From a virus (Duplodnaviria > Heunggongvirae > Uroviricota > Caudoviricetes): DNA of 32,531 nucleotides. The stretch lies in the IMG/VR virus record IMGVR_UViG_2568526722_000005; one strand, 5' to 3'. The notes below the pieces were generated by a model. It had not been told where the DNA came from. It saw only the letters and a program-made list of their open reading frames with translations, and ran no database searches. The first letter of the stretch is position 1. The number at the start of each line of letters is the position of its first letter. The position numbers and the translations under genes were made by a program. Below, one piece after another: positions 19,611 to 27,279 of the stretch.

Positions 19611-19638
19611 AAAAAAACCAGCCTTTGGGGAGGCTGGC
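19611..19638 (-). terminator. Intrinsic terminator downstream of Q (tR'-like)
   Basis: Minus strand reads CCAGCCT-CCCCAA-AGGCTGG followed by TTTTTTT; about 100 bp downstream of the Q stop. Confidence 0.6.
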
Positions 19639-19737
19639 TAAATCAGGAAACAAGCTGTTATATGATAATAACTACGTTGCGATTCCAACATTTAAAATGT
19701 TAGACTAATGAAAATCAGACAGCAACTTTTCCTTTAA
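19639..19737 (-). promoter_or_regulatory. Candidate late promoter PR' with qut region
   Basis: Between Q stop and terminator: minus-strand TTGGAA (19683..19688), 17-nt spacer, TCATAT (19660..19665); layout matches the short PR'-tR' leaders of phage 82/QuuD-type Q systems. Confidence 0.4.
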
Positions 19738-20115
19738 TTATTTCGAACAATCAGCATCCATCTCCAATCGGAGATCCAACACCATCAGCATGCCCTCCAC
19801 TACGCCCTCAGCTTTCTGGAGCATCCTGCCAACCCAACAATCAGATCGCCCATGCTTACGTGCAAGCGCCATAAAAGTCATGCCGCCGACATAATAGTCC
19901 ACCAATAAATCATGTAAATCGCTGTTGTTTTTTTTCAGGCGAGCCATACATTCACAAATGATCATCGCGTCATCGTCACAGCATTGCGGACGAGATCTTA
20001 CTTTTGAAGGAATTAATCCCTTAAAACCGGCGGCAATGGACGACCAGGTCACATCTTCATGATTATTAGCCGCCCATGCCCCCCAACGCTCAAGAACCAT
20101 CTGAATATCACGCAT
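19738..20115 (-). CDS. Late-gene antiterminator Q (QuuD/phage 82-type)
   Basis: [76 protein letters not shown]... closely resembles K-12 QuuD. Confidence 0.85.
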   Translation of the reverse strand: MRDIQMVLERWGAWAANNHEDVTWSSIAAGFKGLIPSKVRSRPQCCDDDAMIICECMARLKKNNSDLHDLLVDYYVGGMTFMALARKHGRSDCWVGRMLQKAEGVVEGMLMVLDLRLEMDADCSK

Positions 20116-20132
20116 CAACTTACTCCACAAAA

Positions 20133-21182
20133 TTAGGCCAGCACACCAATTGCCAGCGCGCGATCGATAAATCGAAAAATCAGCTCCAGTTGGGAGCCAT
20201 ACTTCTCTTCAAATGCCACGGTATCCGTATGCAACTCGTCGTGATGCTTTCTGCACAAAGGCAACACAAAGAGATCATGTGCTTTGGTTCCCATTCCGCC
20301 CTGCCCGTGACCAATCAGATGATGCGGATCGTCGGCTGGCATACCGCAGCAAGCACACGGCTGTGTCTTAACCCAGCGTGTGTATTTCTCCTTAACCCAA
20401 CGGTGACGTTTAGGCAGCTTCATGAAAGATTCCGGAGACTCAGGATCAACGGTGATGCTTACCACCGTTTTTTCCTGTGATGGGTTTTGTTGCTGGTGGG
20501 CGTGAGGCAACGGTGCAAGATTTTTTGTGCGCTGTTTCAATATGCTGGTGGCGGTCTGCTCTCCCGGTACGATGTCGCTTTCGCGGTACACCGAGCAGTT
20601 TTTTTCCGCTGGTAATCCCAGCGAGCGACGTAATACCGCTTCCGGTAGCGCGTCCGCCACCTGATTGCGGACCGCCCACCAGGATAATTCAGCCAGAGAT
20701 AATTCACGCTCCTGCGTACCGCTTATTGCGTGACCGATGACGTCAATCATCCATGCTGACAGGTTTTGATGAGCAAGTTGCTCGAGTGATTCGGATGTCT
20801 GGTCACGCAGCTGGTTGTCGCAGTGCCAGCACAACACCATTGCGCCGGTACCATAACGGTGAATAACGGTTTCGCTGTGATGATAATCGCCGTGTGGCCA
20901 CTGGCAGGATTTAATATGGCGCAACAGCCAGTCAGACAATGCACCAGCACCACCAGCAGTACGAATTACCCGTGCATTACTGAAAAACGGCAGCAATGTT
21001 TTGTCTTCCACCAGCGGCTGGCGAACGGCAGGAACGACCCCGGACGGCAGATTACGCATGCTTTTCGGTTCCGGCTCCACCAGTACCCGGGTATTGTGGA
21101 ATACCGGCATGGATTCACGGCCCGGCTTAACGACCACCAGCCCGAGTTCCGGTACCAGAACAGGTCGAAGTAATACCCGCAC
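20133..21182 (-). CDS. DUF968/YdfU-like protein with C-terminal HNH-like zinc-finger nuclease motif
   Basis: 349 aa, same size and position (next to Q) as K-12 YdfU; C-terminal Cys/His cluster [18 protein letters not shown]...CRKHHDELH. Confidence 0.7.
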   Translation of the reverse strand: MRVLLRPVLVPELGLVVVKPGRESMPVFHNTRVLVEPEPKSMRNLPSGVVPAVRQPLVEDKTLLPFFSNARVIRTAGGAGALSDWLLRHIKSCQWPHGDYHHSETVIHRYGTGAMVLCWHCDNQLRDQTSESLEQLAHQNLSAWMIDVIGHAISGTQERELSLAELSWWAVRNQVADALPEAVLRRSLGLPAEKNCSVYRESDIVPGEQTATSILKQRTKNLAPLPHAHQQQNPSQEKTVVSITVDPESPESFMKLPKRHRWVKEKYTRWVKTQPCACCGMPADDPHHLIGHGQGGMGTKAHDLFVLPLCRKHHDELHTDTVAFEEKYGSQLELIFRFIDRALAIGVLA

Positions 21183-21183
21183 G

Positions 21184-21462
21184 TTACCTCCAGATGCGTT
21201 GCTGGAATGTACGGGACGGACGCGGTGGGCGTTCGGAGTAAGGCAATCTGACTGAGATTATCCAGTGACGGTAGTCGAGACTAAGAGCTTTCTTAACCTC
21301 GTATCCGCGCCTGCGGTAACACTGAATTATCCATTCAGCCTGCTCTTCAGTGCATGGAGGGTGCTGGAACCATTCAGACTTGAATGCGTGAGAATACCGC
21401 TCGTGCGTGCAGGCAAGAACGGGCGAATTATCAGAATTGTAATATTTTACGTTGCGTGCCAT
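21184..21462 (-). CDS. Hypothetical 92-aa protein, translationally coupled to the DUF968 gene
   Basis: ORF whose stop lies 2 nt from the downstream ORF start; no recognised similarity. Confidence 0.4.
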   Translation of the reverse strand: MARNVKYYNSDNSPVLACTHERYSHAFKSEWFQHPPCTEEQAEWIIQCYRRRGYEVKKALSLDYRHWIISVRLPYSERPPRPSRTFQQRIWR

Positions 21463-21528
21463 CGGTTTTCTCCGGTGGCACGGTGTTACTCAGCGGGAGT
21501 TCAGCCCCGCGCAAGATTGTAGATGAGT

Positions 21529-21780
21529 TTATTCTTCTGCAAAAGCTGAAAAGCCTGCTTTTATTCCGATCTCTTTCAGTGCCTGTAATGAAGTGACAAA
21601 CTCACCTTCGCGCAAGATAAATCCGTCTGTCACTCGACCATCCACAAAATTAATTAACGCAGCCCCATTCTTTCGCAAACACATAATGCGGTAATGACTA
21701 ACAAGATTTCCATTTTCAACGCACACAGCATAGAGGCCATCTTCACAAAAAATTTTACGCAGTTCTTCGATGTTCATCAT
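21529..21780 (-). CDS. Hypothetical 83-aa protein (Rem-like by size and position) with its own promoter
   Basis: 83-aa ORF; upstream minus-strand TTGAAG (21883..21888), about 17-18 nt spacer, TAGAAT (21859..21864), and GGAAGGA Shine-Dalgarno. Confidence 0.4.
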   Translation of the reverse strand: MMNIEELRKIFCEDGLYAVCVENGNLVSHYRIMCLRKNGAALINFVDGRVTDGFILREGEFVTSLQALKEIGIKAGFSAFAEE

Positions 21781-21900
21781 CAGAATCCTTCCGGATAATT
21801 AGCTCTCCCCTTTAAGGGACCATCCCTCTTATCCCTGCGCGCTACTTAAGTATTTTTGATTCTATTCCGGCACCGTCCAGAACTTCAAACGCGTTGAAAA

Positions 21901-21928
21901 TAAAAACAAAAACCCGCCGAAGCGGGTT
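21901..21928 (-). terminator. Intrinsic terminator at the 3' end of the hokD transcript
   Basis: Minus strand reads AACCCGC-TTCG-GCGGGTT followed by TTTGTTTTT. Confidence 0.65.
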
Positions 21929-21996
21929 AAGTGCGGGTGCGTTGAGGATGCCTGCCACATCAGAGGTGGCGAGGGATTTCTCCCTCGCCGGGTCTC

Positions 21997-22152
21997 TTAC
22001 TCCTCAGGTTCGTAAGCTGTGAAGACAGCGACCTCCGTCTGGCCGGTTCGGATTCGTACCTCGCAGAGGTCTTTCCTCGTTACCAGTGCCGTCACTATGA
22101 CGGTTAAACAGATGACGATCAGGGCGATTAACATCGCCTTTTGCTGCTTCAT
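21997..22152 (-). CDS. hokD: Hok/Gef-family membrane toxin (HokD/RelF-like), 51 aa
   Basis: MKQQKAMLIALIVICLTVIVTALVTRKDLCEVRIRTGQTEVAVFTAYEPEE matches K-12 HokD as I recall it; AGGAGAAG Shine-Dalgarno; the longer ORF to 22209 is an in-frame upstream extension. Confidence 0.9.
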   Translation of the reverse strand: MKQQKAMLIALIVICLTVIVTALVTRKDLCEVRIRTGQTEVAVFTAYEPEE

Positions 22153-22409
22153 AGCCTGCTTCTCCTTGCCTTTCGGCACGTAAGAGGCTAACCTACATGT
22201 GTCTAGCATGAAATTGGCCTCAGATTAATGTTAAGCGTCTTGCAGGACGCGTAATGTTAACTGGGGCTTTTCTCTACCTGCCGTTGGTGTTCGTGCCCGA
22301 GGCAGATAGCCTCAAGCACCCGCAGTCATTCTACTTAACTAAGATTTCCCCGCAAACCGTTTTGTCCAGCACAGTAAATATCCAACTAAACCAATGGAGT
22401 TCGCTGTAT

Positions 22410-22589
22410 TTACCGCCAGTATTCAATGCACATGACCGCCATGAACACCCCTAAAAAAAGGGCATTTATATATCCAAATATTAATATCAAAACATCAACT
22501 TTTTCCATATACCTTGCTGTGAAGATGATGGGCATACATGATGCGAACAACCAGAACGCAACAAACAAAAACTGCAATGCGTTTTTCAT
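22410..22589 (-). CDS. Small two-TM hydrophobic protein, 59 aa, unknown function
   Basis: MKNALQFLFVAFWLFASCMPIIFTARYMEKVDVLILIFGYINALFLGVFMAVMCIEYWR; GGGGGA Shine-Dalgarno 5 nt upstream; AT-rich context upstream of hokD. Confidence 0.5.
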   Translation of the reverse strand: MKNALQFLFVAFWLFASCMPIIFTARYMEKVDVLILIFGYINALFLGVFMAVMCIEYWR

Positions 22590-23071
22590 TATTCCCCCTA
22601 CAATCAATGTGCAATAACATTTAAACACACCTCAATTTAGCCGGACATATAAATATCTAAACCAGAAAAAATCACTTACATAGCGTTACAAACTCTTTAG
22701 TCTAAATATTCATCGTAAAACATTCCCCATACTTATCAGCCCGTTCTGCGCCAGGTAGCTCATTGCCTTATCTGGGAACCTGTAATCAGGTTTCCGGATG
22801 CTGGTGGATTTTCGCGTTTTAGTTGTTCATAAAAGTGCACAGCTTTAACCAGTTCTTCTGATGTAACCGGGACTGGCGGGGCAGTGAATAAGGCCTGAAT
22901 TTCATAGTTCGGCCTATCGTTACAATCCTCTTTTTTCGGTACATATTTCCAGTCACCAGACCACTACTTCCCCTGAAAGTCCGTAACGCCTTTTTTTCAC
23001 GTAGCGATATCGCCATGCCACTGTTTTTGCTTGCCCCGCCGTTTCATGCCCTTCCTGATAATTAACCTCGC

Positions 23072-23248
23072 TCATTCATCGCCCCACTCATCACAATATG
23101 CTTCGACCGGAGTTTTTCCTGCTTCATAATCATCACGCCATGCTTCAGCATCAGCAGCACTGCCACCACGTAACTCTGCATAGTCCATTAACAGTTCATG
23201 CCATTCTTCAAAACCGACGTTGTATTTAGTTGAACCAAAATCAGCCAT
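23072..23248 (-). CDS. Small acidic protein, 58 aa, unknown function
   Basis: MADFGSTKYNVGFEEWHELLMDYAELRGGSAADAEAWRDDYEAGKTPVEAYCDEWGDE; GAGGAAG Shine-Dalgarno about 8 nt upstream; below the 60-aa cutoff of the supplied track. Confidence 0.45.
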   Translation of the reverse strand: MADFGSTKYNVGFEEWHELLMDYAELRGGSAADAEAWRDDYEAGKTPVEAYCDEWGDE

Positions 23249-23285
23249 TTTGTTCTTCCTCTTCGTCTTTTATTTCGTGATATGA

Positions 23286-23423
23286 TTAATTGCAGTAGTT
23301 AAAGAAAATATCTTTTGCTTCGTCATGTATTTCATCAGGCGTCGCATCATTATCCACTTCGAATTCATCCTCGAAATCTCCACCGGCTATTCCCGTTTCA
23401 ATAATTATTTTAAACTTTCGCAT
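23286..23423 (-). CDS. Small acidic protein, 45 aa, unknown function
   Basis: MRKFKIIIETGIAGGDFEDEFEVDNDATPDEIHDEAKDIFFNYCN; AGGAGG lies upstream with a GNRA-tetraloop hairpin between it and the ATG. Confidence 0.4.
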   Translation of the reverse strand: MRKFKIIIETGIAGGDFEDEFEVDNDATPDEIHDEAKDIFFNYCN

Positions 23424-23930
23424 TTAACTACCGCCCTTTCGGGCGGCCTCCTGATGTTCTGAGGGTGCAGAAATCCCTCCGGTTAAGGATTAAATTTTTA
23501 ACAGTGCTAAATTTAATTATTCAGTTCTGGATTTTGTCACCCTGCGTATCCGCGCTTTCCCGTTACGCTCAATCTGAATTAGCTTTTCTATATTTTTTCG
23601 CCTTTCCCGTTCCTCCTGGCGCAAGAGCCTTACATCATCTGCCAGTCTGGTTTCTCTTTTCGCCACAGAGAGCATCCAGTCAAATGGCTCCACAACTGCA
23701 CCTCAGATTTTACAGCGGACCTGACGCTCTTTTTCGTCAACCCGGACAGAAGCGTGATGGCAATATGGTCTTTCCGATGGCTCATAAAGAAAATTAACCT
23801 GATTACGAGGGTCATCCTCTTTTATCGGAAATAAAACGATATTGCTTAACTAATCCTCTGGTTTTATTTCCATGCTCCTCTCCTTTGATGCGAATGCCAG
23901 CGGTAATTGAAGCCTGATAGCTAATTTCAC

Positions 23931-24353
23931 TCACAGTACCGCCTCCTGAAAATTACCCTGATAGAAAGCCAGTACACGCTGCATAGCTTCACTCTTCCGG
24001 CACTCGCGACAGATTATGTTTAGACGACTGTCGTAGCGACGTATTTCTCCATCAGGTAACGACCAGATAAGGTCCGGATCAACCACAGCTGTTTTCTTCA
24101 CCTTTGCCCTCGAGAGTTTTTTGCGGGCGTTTTGCCAGTCCTTACGCGCCTGTTCAGACGGGAATAACCCGTAGCCGGAGTTGTATACATCGCCACTGGC
24201 TACCAGCTCTCTGGCAAGAACGCTCATCAGATATCTAGTCGCACCTGTTTTAGCTTCCAGTTGCCGTAACGTCTCACGACCGCTCTGGCGCACGAGTTCC
24301 ACCACCTGCCCTTTAATTTTTTCCCGCTCTTCTTGTGTAAAAACTTTTGCCAC
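23931..24353 (-). CDS. Hypothetical 140-aa protein downstream of the replication initiator
   Basis: ORF MAKVFTQEEREKIKGQVVELVRQSG... co-directional with and 40 nt downstream of the O-like gene; no recognised similarity. Confidence 0.5.
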   Translation of the reverse strand: MAKVFTQEEREKIKGQVVELVRQSGRETLRQLEAKTGATRYLMSVLARELVASGDVYNSGYGLFPSEQARKDWQNARKKLSRAKVKKTAVVDPDLIWSLPDGEIRRYDSRLNIICRECRKSEAMQRVLAFYQGNFQEAVL

Positions 24354-24393
24354 AAGTCCCCCTTAAAATTACCTCATGACCTGAAATCAAAAC

Positions 24394-25362
24394 TTATCCT
24401 CTGAAACCAGGCGGAATTTCTGTATCCGGTTCAGAAATATGATTAACACAACGCTGTACAGGTGAACGCCCCAGGCGGATGACCAGTTCGTCCCATTTTT
24501 CGCGGAGCTTTGACGGGCTCATGATGTTTTTTACCCAGAATGGATCCCGCTGTACCCGACCAAACATTTCACAAATTTGTCTGTGGCTTCTGCCATCCAG
24601 CATCCGCATTGTGCGCACATCATTGGCCCAGACAGTCCAGTTAGGCTCTTTTGGTCGCATGATCTCGCCATCATCACTGGCGGCCTGTTCGTAGAGACCC
24701 ACGATCCGCCCCCATATCCACTGCGCACACGCCAGATCCTCCTGGCTACCCCACTGGCGTTTTTTCGCACTAAACACAACTGCGCCAGGGTGCCGGATTA
24801 AAAAATCCTGTTCAGCCGTCTGCGGGTCCGGTTGCGAAGCTTCCGGACGAAAAGTGTTTTTATTCTCTGTAGTAATCTCTGTTGTATTCTCTGTAGGATC
24901 ATCGGGCCATTTTGACCCGATGACATTGGGTCGTTTTGAACCAATGGAGCGTTTCATTTTGACCTCTTCCATCGTGTCATTTTGACCTGATGGAGCGGCG
25001 CATTTTGAACCGATGGATTCGCTCAATTTGCCATCATCTAAAAGCTCGCTCCCATAGTTAATCGTGTAGAAATTGGTCATATCGCGCTTTGATTTATTGA
25101 GCTTTTCACAACGCAAAAGCCCCAGCGTTTTCAGACTTGCAAACGCGCGCTTTAACGTTGACTCTGACCAGAATGGGAACTGTTCCAGCCATTGTTCCGT
25201 TGTGTTGTAAATCCAGCGAACACCATCACATTCCATGCCGGAATTGGTATCTCTCAACCAGTAATGCAACTGCTGCAACACAATGGCTTCATTTAAGCCA
25301 ATCTTCATCGCAAGCTGTGTGTTTATAACCAGTGGGCGTTCAGCAAAAAGAAGGCTCATAAT
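24394..25362 (-). CDS. Replication initiator (lambda O-like replisome organiser) containing the iteron origin
   Basis: N-terminal HTH-like domain (MSLLFAERPLVINTQLAMKIGLNEAIVLQQLHYWL...); the middle of the gene holds five about-23-bp direct repeats encoding the reiterated IGSK motif, followed by an AT-rich stretch, the hallmark of lambdoid O/ori. Confidence 0.7.
   Translation of the reverse strand: MMSLLFAERPLVINTQLAMKIGLNEAIVLQQLHYWLRDTNSGMECDGVRWIYNTTEQWLEQFPFWSESTLKRAFASLKTLGLLRCEKLNKSKRDMTNFYTINYGSELLDDGKLSESIGSKCAAPSGQNDTMEEVKMKRSIGSKRPNVIGSKWPDDPTENTTEITTENKNTFRPEASQPDPQTAEQDFLIRHPGAVVFSAKKRQWGSQEDLACAQWIWGRIVGLYEQAASDDGEIMRPKEPNWTVWANDVRTMRMLDGRSHRQICEMFGRVQRDPFWVKNIMSPSKLREKWDELVIRLGRSPVQRCVNHISEPDTEIPPGFRG
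24908..25019 (-). repeat. Five iterons (ori-like direct repeats, consensus about CATTTTGA(A/C)C(C/T)GATGGAG, period 22-24 bp) within the initiator gene
   Basis: Plus-strand repeats start at 24908, 24932, 24955, 24979 and 25001; the adjacent AT-rich segment 24841..24900 carries a duplicated ATTCTCTGTAG. Confidence 0.65.
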
Positions 25363-25861
25363 TCCATCCAGCTTTTTGTTGGTATTGCTGTCGATACGCA
25401 AGTTTGAAAGCAATTGCTTTTTCTATAAGTTCGTCAGTTTCACGATCCACTACGGCAGGATCAGCAAAAAGCAGTCCGGATTCCACCACATCGCCATATT
25501 CTTTGTTTAACCCGGCGATCATGTACGTGATGCTTTTTCCGTCACTAATTTCACGATACAACCTGAAATCATTAATCCGGATAGCCTCCATAATTGCAGG
25601 CACTAGCGCCGTGAACTTTTCACGCTTATCCCTGGTGTCGATAGCCTTCCAGCGTTCGAATATCTTCACTCGATTAACGCCAAGCGCTCGCTGATCAACC
25701 GCGCCACCTTCATCTGTGACACGCTGAACATCGATGTTCGGGCGCTCTTTCAAAGCCCAGAATGCTTCAGTGATTAATATCGTCGCCTGCTCCTGTGTCA
25801 TTCCTGGTCGACATATCCAGGCATCCAGAGCCTCACGAGCCTGTTCAGGAGTGATTTTCAT
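25340..25861 (-). CDS. YdaT/CII-like early protein (hypothetical regulator), 173 aa
   Basis: ORF immediately downstream of the Cro-like gene, the position occupied by ydaT in Rac-type prophages; assignment by synteny only. Confidence 0.4.
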   Translation of the reverse strand: MKITPEQAREALDAWICRPGMTQEQATILITEAFWALKERPNIDVQRVTDEGGAVDQRALGVNRVKIFERWKAIDTRDKREKFTALVPAIMEAIRINDFRLYREISDGKSITYMIAGLNKEYGDVVESGLLFADPAVVDRETDELIEKAIAFKLAYRQQYQQKAGWNYEPSFC

Positions 25862-26072
25862 TGTTCAACCGCCCCGCCCGCTTCGTCTTACGATATTCGT
25901 CATAAACCTTGGGATCATACAGAAGCTCGCCGCCAGATGCCTCCTGTAGACGCATCGCGCGACCTTCAGGAACCAGCTCTTGCCATTGAGAAACAGCAGA
26001 TGGGTCAACGCCAGCAGCTTTCGCTACTTTGGCTTTCGTACCGTAAAAATTAATTACGTCTGATTTAAACAT
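25845..26072 (-). CDS. dicC: Cro-like HTH regulator (DicC-type)
   Basis: About 75-aa protein with a Cro-type HTH segment (NFYGTKAKVAKAAGVDPSAVSQWQELVPEGRAMRLQEASGGEL); divergent from the dicA-like repressor; GGAGG Shine-Dalgarno. Confidence 0.75.
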   Translation of the reverse strand: MFKSDVINFYGTKAKVAKAAGVDPSAVSQWQELVPEGRAMRLQEASGGELLYDPKVYDEYRKTKRAGRLNNENHS

Positions 26073-26083
26073 CGCACCTCCAG

Positions 26084-26101
26084 CATTGAGTTTTCTCAAT
26101 G
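26084..26101. promoter_or_regulatory. Operator palindrome in the dicC/dicA divergent promoter region
   Basis: Perfect 7-4-7 palindrome CATTGAG-TTTT-CTCAATG between the two divergent start codons. Confidence 0.55.
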
Positions 26102-26149
26102 CTAATCACTCAAGGAATCTCAAGTCAAGGGTTATTAAGATATCTAAAT

Positions 26150-26557
26150 ATGAACGAGAAAACTTTAGGTCAACGCATTAGAGAAAGACGTAAGCAGGTA
26201 GGCTTAAGTCAAAACGGTTTAAGCAAAGCTGCTGGCGTATCTGGCTCATCAATTTCATTATGGGAAAGTGACCATACAGCCCCGCGCGGGCAAAATTTGC
26301 ATCGCCTCGCCGAGGTATTGCAATGTTCACCAACCTGGATACTGTTTGGCGACGAGGACAAAACACCAGCTCCCCCTGTTTCACTCGATAGTGCCTTAGA
26401 CTTATCGGAAGATGAGTTAGAGATGCTGCGTTTGTATCGCGCACTTCCTAAATCAGAGCAACAAGCACAACTCAGCGAACTCCGCGCCCGCGTTGAGAAT
26501 TTTAATCGCCTGTTCACCGAGCTATTAGAGGCTCGCAAACGCAACAAGCATCAATAA
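26150..26557 (+). CDS. dicA: XRE-family HTH repressor, DicA-like
   Basis: 135-aa protein MNEKTLGQRIRERRKQVGLSQNGLSKAAGVSGSSISLWESDHTAPRGQNLHRLAEVLQCSPTWILFGDEDK... closely resembles K-12 DicA. Confidence 0.85.
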   Translation: MNEKTLGQRIRERRKQVGLSQNGLSKAAGVSGSSISLWESDHTAPRGQNLHRLAEVLQCSPTWILFGDEDKTPAPPVSLDSALDLSEDELEMLRLYRALPKSEQQAQLSELRARVENFNRLFTELLEARKRNKHQ

Positions 26558-26621
26558 TCATCCCTTCACAAAATTTTAAAGCCTTACATTTCAATGTATT
26601 GGCTTTATCTTGCGCCAATAC

Positions 26622-26673
26622 TTGAGTTTTCTCATCAAAAAGCCTTGACGAAAAATAATGAGAAAACTAAATT
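26622..26673 (+). promoter_or_regulatory. Candidate dicB-operon promoter with two further copies of the operator motif
   Basis: TTGAGTTTTCTCA at 26622..26634; TTGACG -35 (26645..26650), 17-nt spacer, TAAATT -10 (26668..26673); inverted operator-like TGAGAAAACTAA (26659..26670) overlapping the spacer and -10. Confidence 0.45.
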
Positions 26674-26749
26674 ACCTCCATCAACACACCGCACGGTGTT
26701 CTCAGCAAACAGTTCCGCTACCCCGGCGTTAAGGGGAAATGAGGTCAGC

Positions 26750-26902
26750 ATGGATACTATCGATCTTGGCAACAGCGAATCTCTGGTATGTGGCGTGTTC
26801 CCCAACCAGGACGGTACGTTCACCGCGATGACATATACCAAAAGCAAAACGTTTAAAACCGAATCTGGCGCGCGTTGCTGGTTAGCCAGAAACACTGACT
26901 GA
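26750..26902 (+). CDS. ydfA: YdfA-like small protein, 50 aa
   Basis: MDTIDLGNSESLVCGVFPNQDGTFTAMTYTKSKTFKTESGARCWLARNTD closely resembles K-12 YdfA; GAGG Shine-Dalgarno. Confidence 0.75.
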   Translation: MDTIDLGNSESLVCGVFPNQDGTFTAMTYTKSKTFKTESGARCWLARNTD

Positions 26903-26913
26903 TGAGGCTGACG

Positions 26914-27279
26914 ATGGAATTTAAAGATTTACCGTCTGATGTACAGAAAACAGCAGCTCATACATTGCATTCTGTGCTGCGAGAAATCGGGAAAGATATT
27001 GCAAGCGAGCCAGCAAAAGATCTGGCCCGGAAAATCAAGACCGCTTTCGTTGAGCTTTATAATGTTGGCACTGACTCTGAAACTGTCGAGACCAAGACCG
27101 TAAGTTCACCAATATTCTCACTTGAGCCAGGCGTATTAGCAGGTGAAATATGCACCGAGATTTCCAGCGAACTGCTTCCGGTAATACGAGAAGCAATTTG
27201 CCGTCGCGGTTTGGATGGAAGTTACGATCATGACGTCCTGCAAGTTCTCAGGACAATGGTGACTTCACTGGGGATTTGA
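26914..27279 (+). CDS. Hypothetical 121-aa protein in the dicB operon (ydfB/ydfC position)
   Basis: ORF MEFKDLPSDVQKTAAHTLHSVLREIG... with GAGG Shine-Dalgarno, translationally close to ydfA. Confidence 0.5.
   Translation: MEFKDLPSDVQKTAAHTLHSVLREIGKDIASEPAKDLARKIKTAFVELYNVGTDSETVETKTVSSPIFSLEPGVLAGEICTEISSELLPVIREAICRRGLDGSYDHDVLQVLRTMVTSLGI

Noticed and set aside
21997-22209. 70-aa ORF containing hokD with a 19-codon N-terminal extension
   Set aside because: The Hok match begins at the internal MKQQKAM, which has its own Shine-Dalgarno; the extension is in frame so it is not a mok-type overlapping frame; the longer ORF is treated as an artefact of the longest-ORF rule.
22153-22409. Looked for relB/relE upstream of hokD and for a clear Sok antisense gene
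   Set aside because: No RelE- or RelB-like reading frame on either strand; a Sok-like promoter/terminator pair could not be confidently identified by eye, so none is annotated.
22819-23016. 65-aa minus-strand ORF, and an overlapping alternative frame that reads protein-like but has no start codon
   Set aside because: The 65-aa translation is basic and low-complexity with no convincing Shine-Dalgarno; the better-looking frame lacks any start after the preceding stop. Possibly a degraded gene remnant, but not supportable as a feature.
23465-23815. 110-aa plus-strand ORF and 61-aa minus-strand ORF in the 500-bp gap
   Set aside because: Both are low-complexity, hydrophobic/basic junk-like translations; the minus-strand one has its Shine-Dalgarno-like purines abutting the ATG with no spacer. 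Treated as non-coding.
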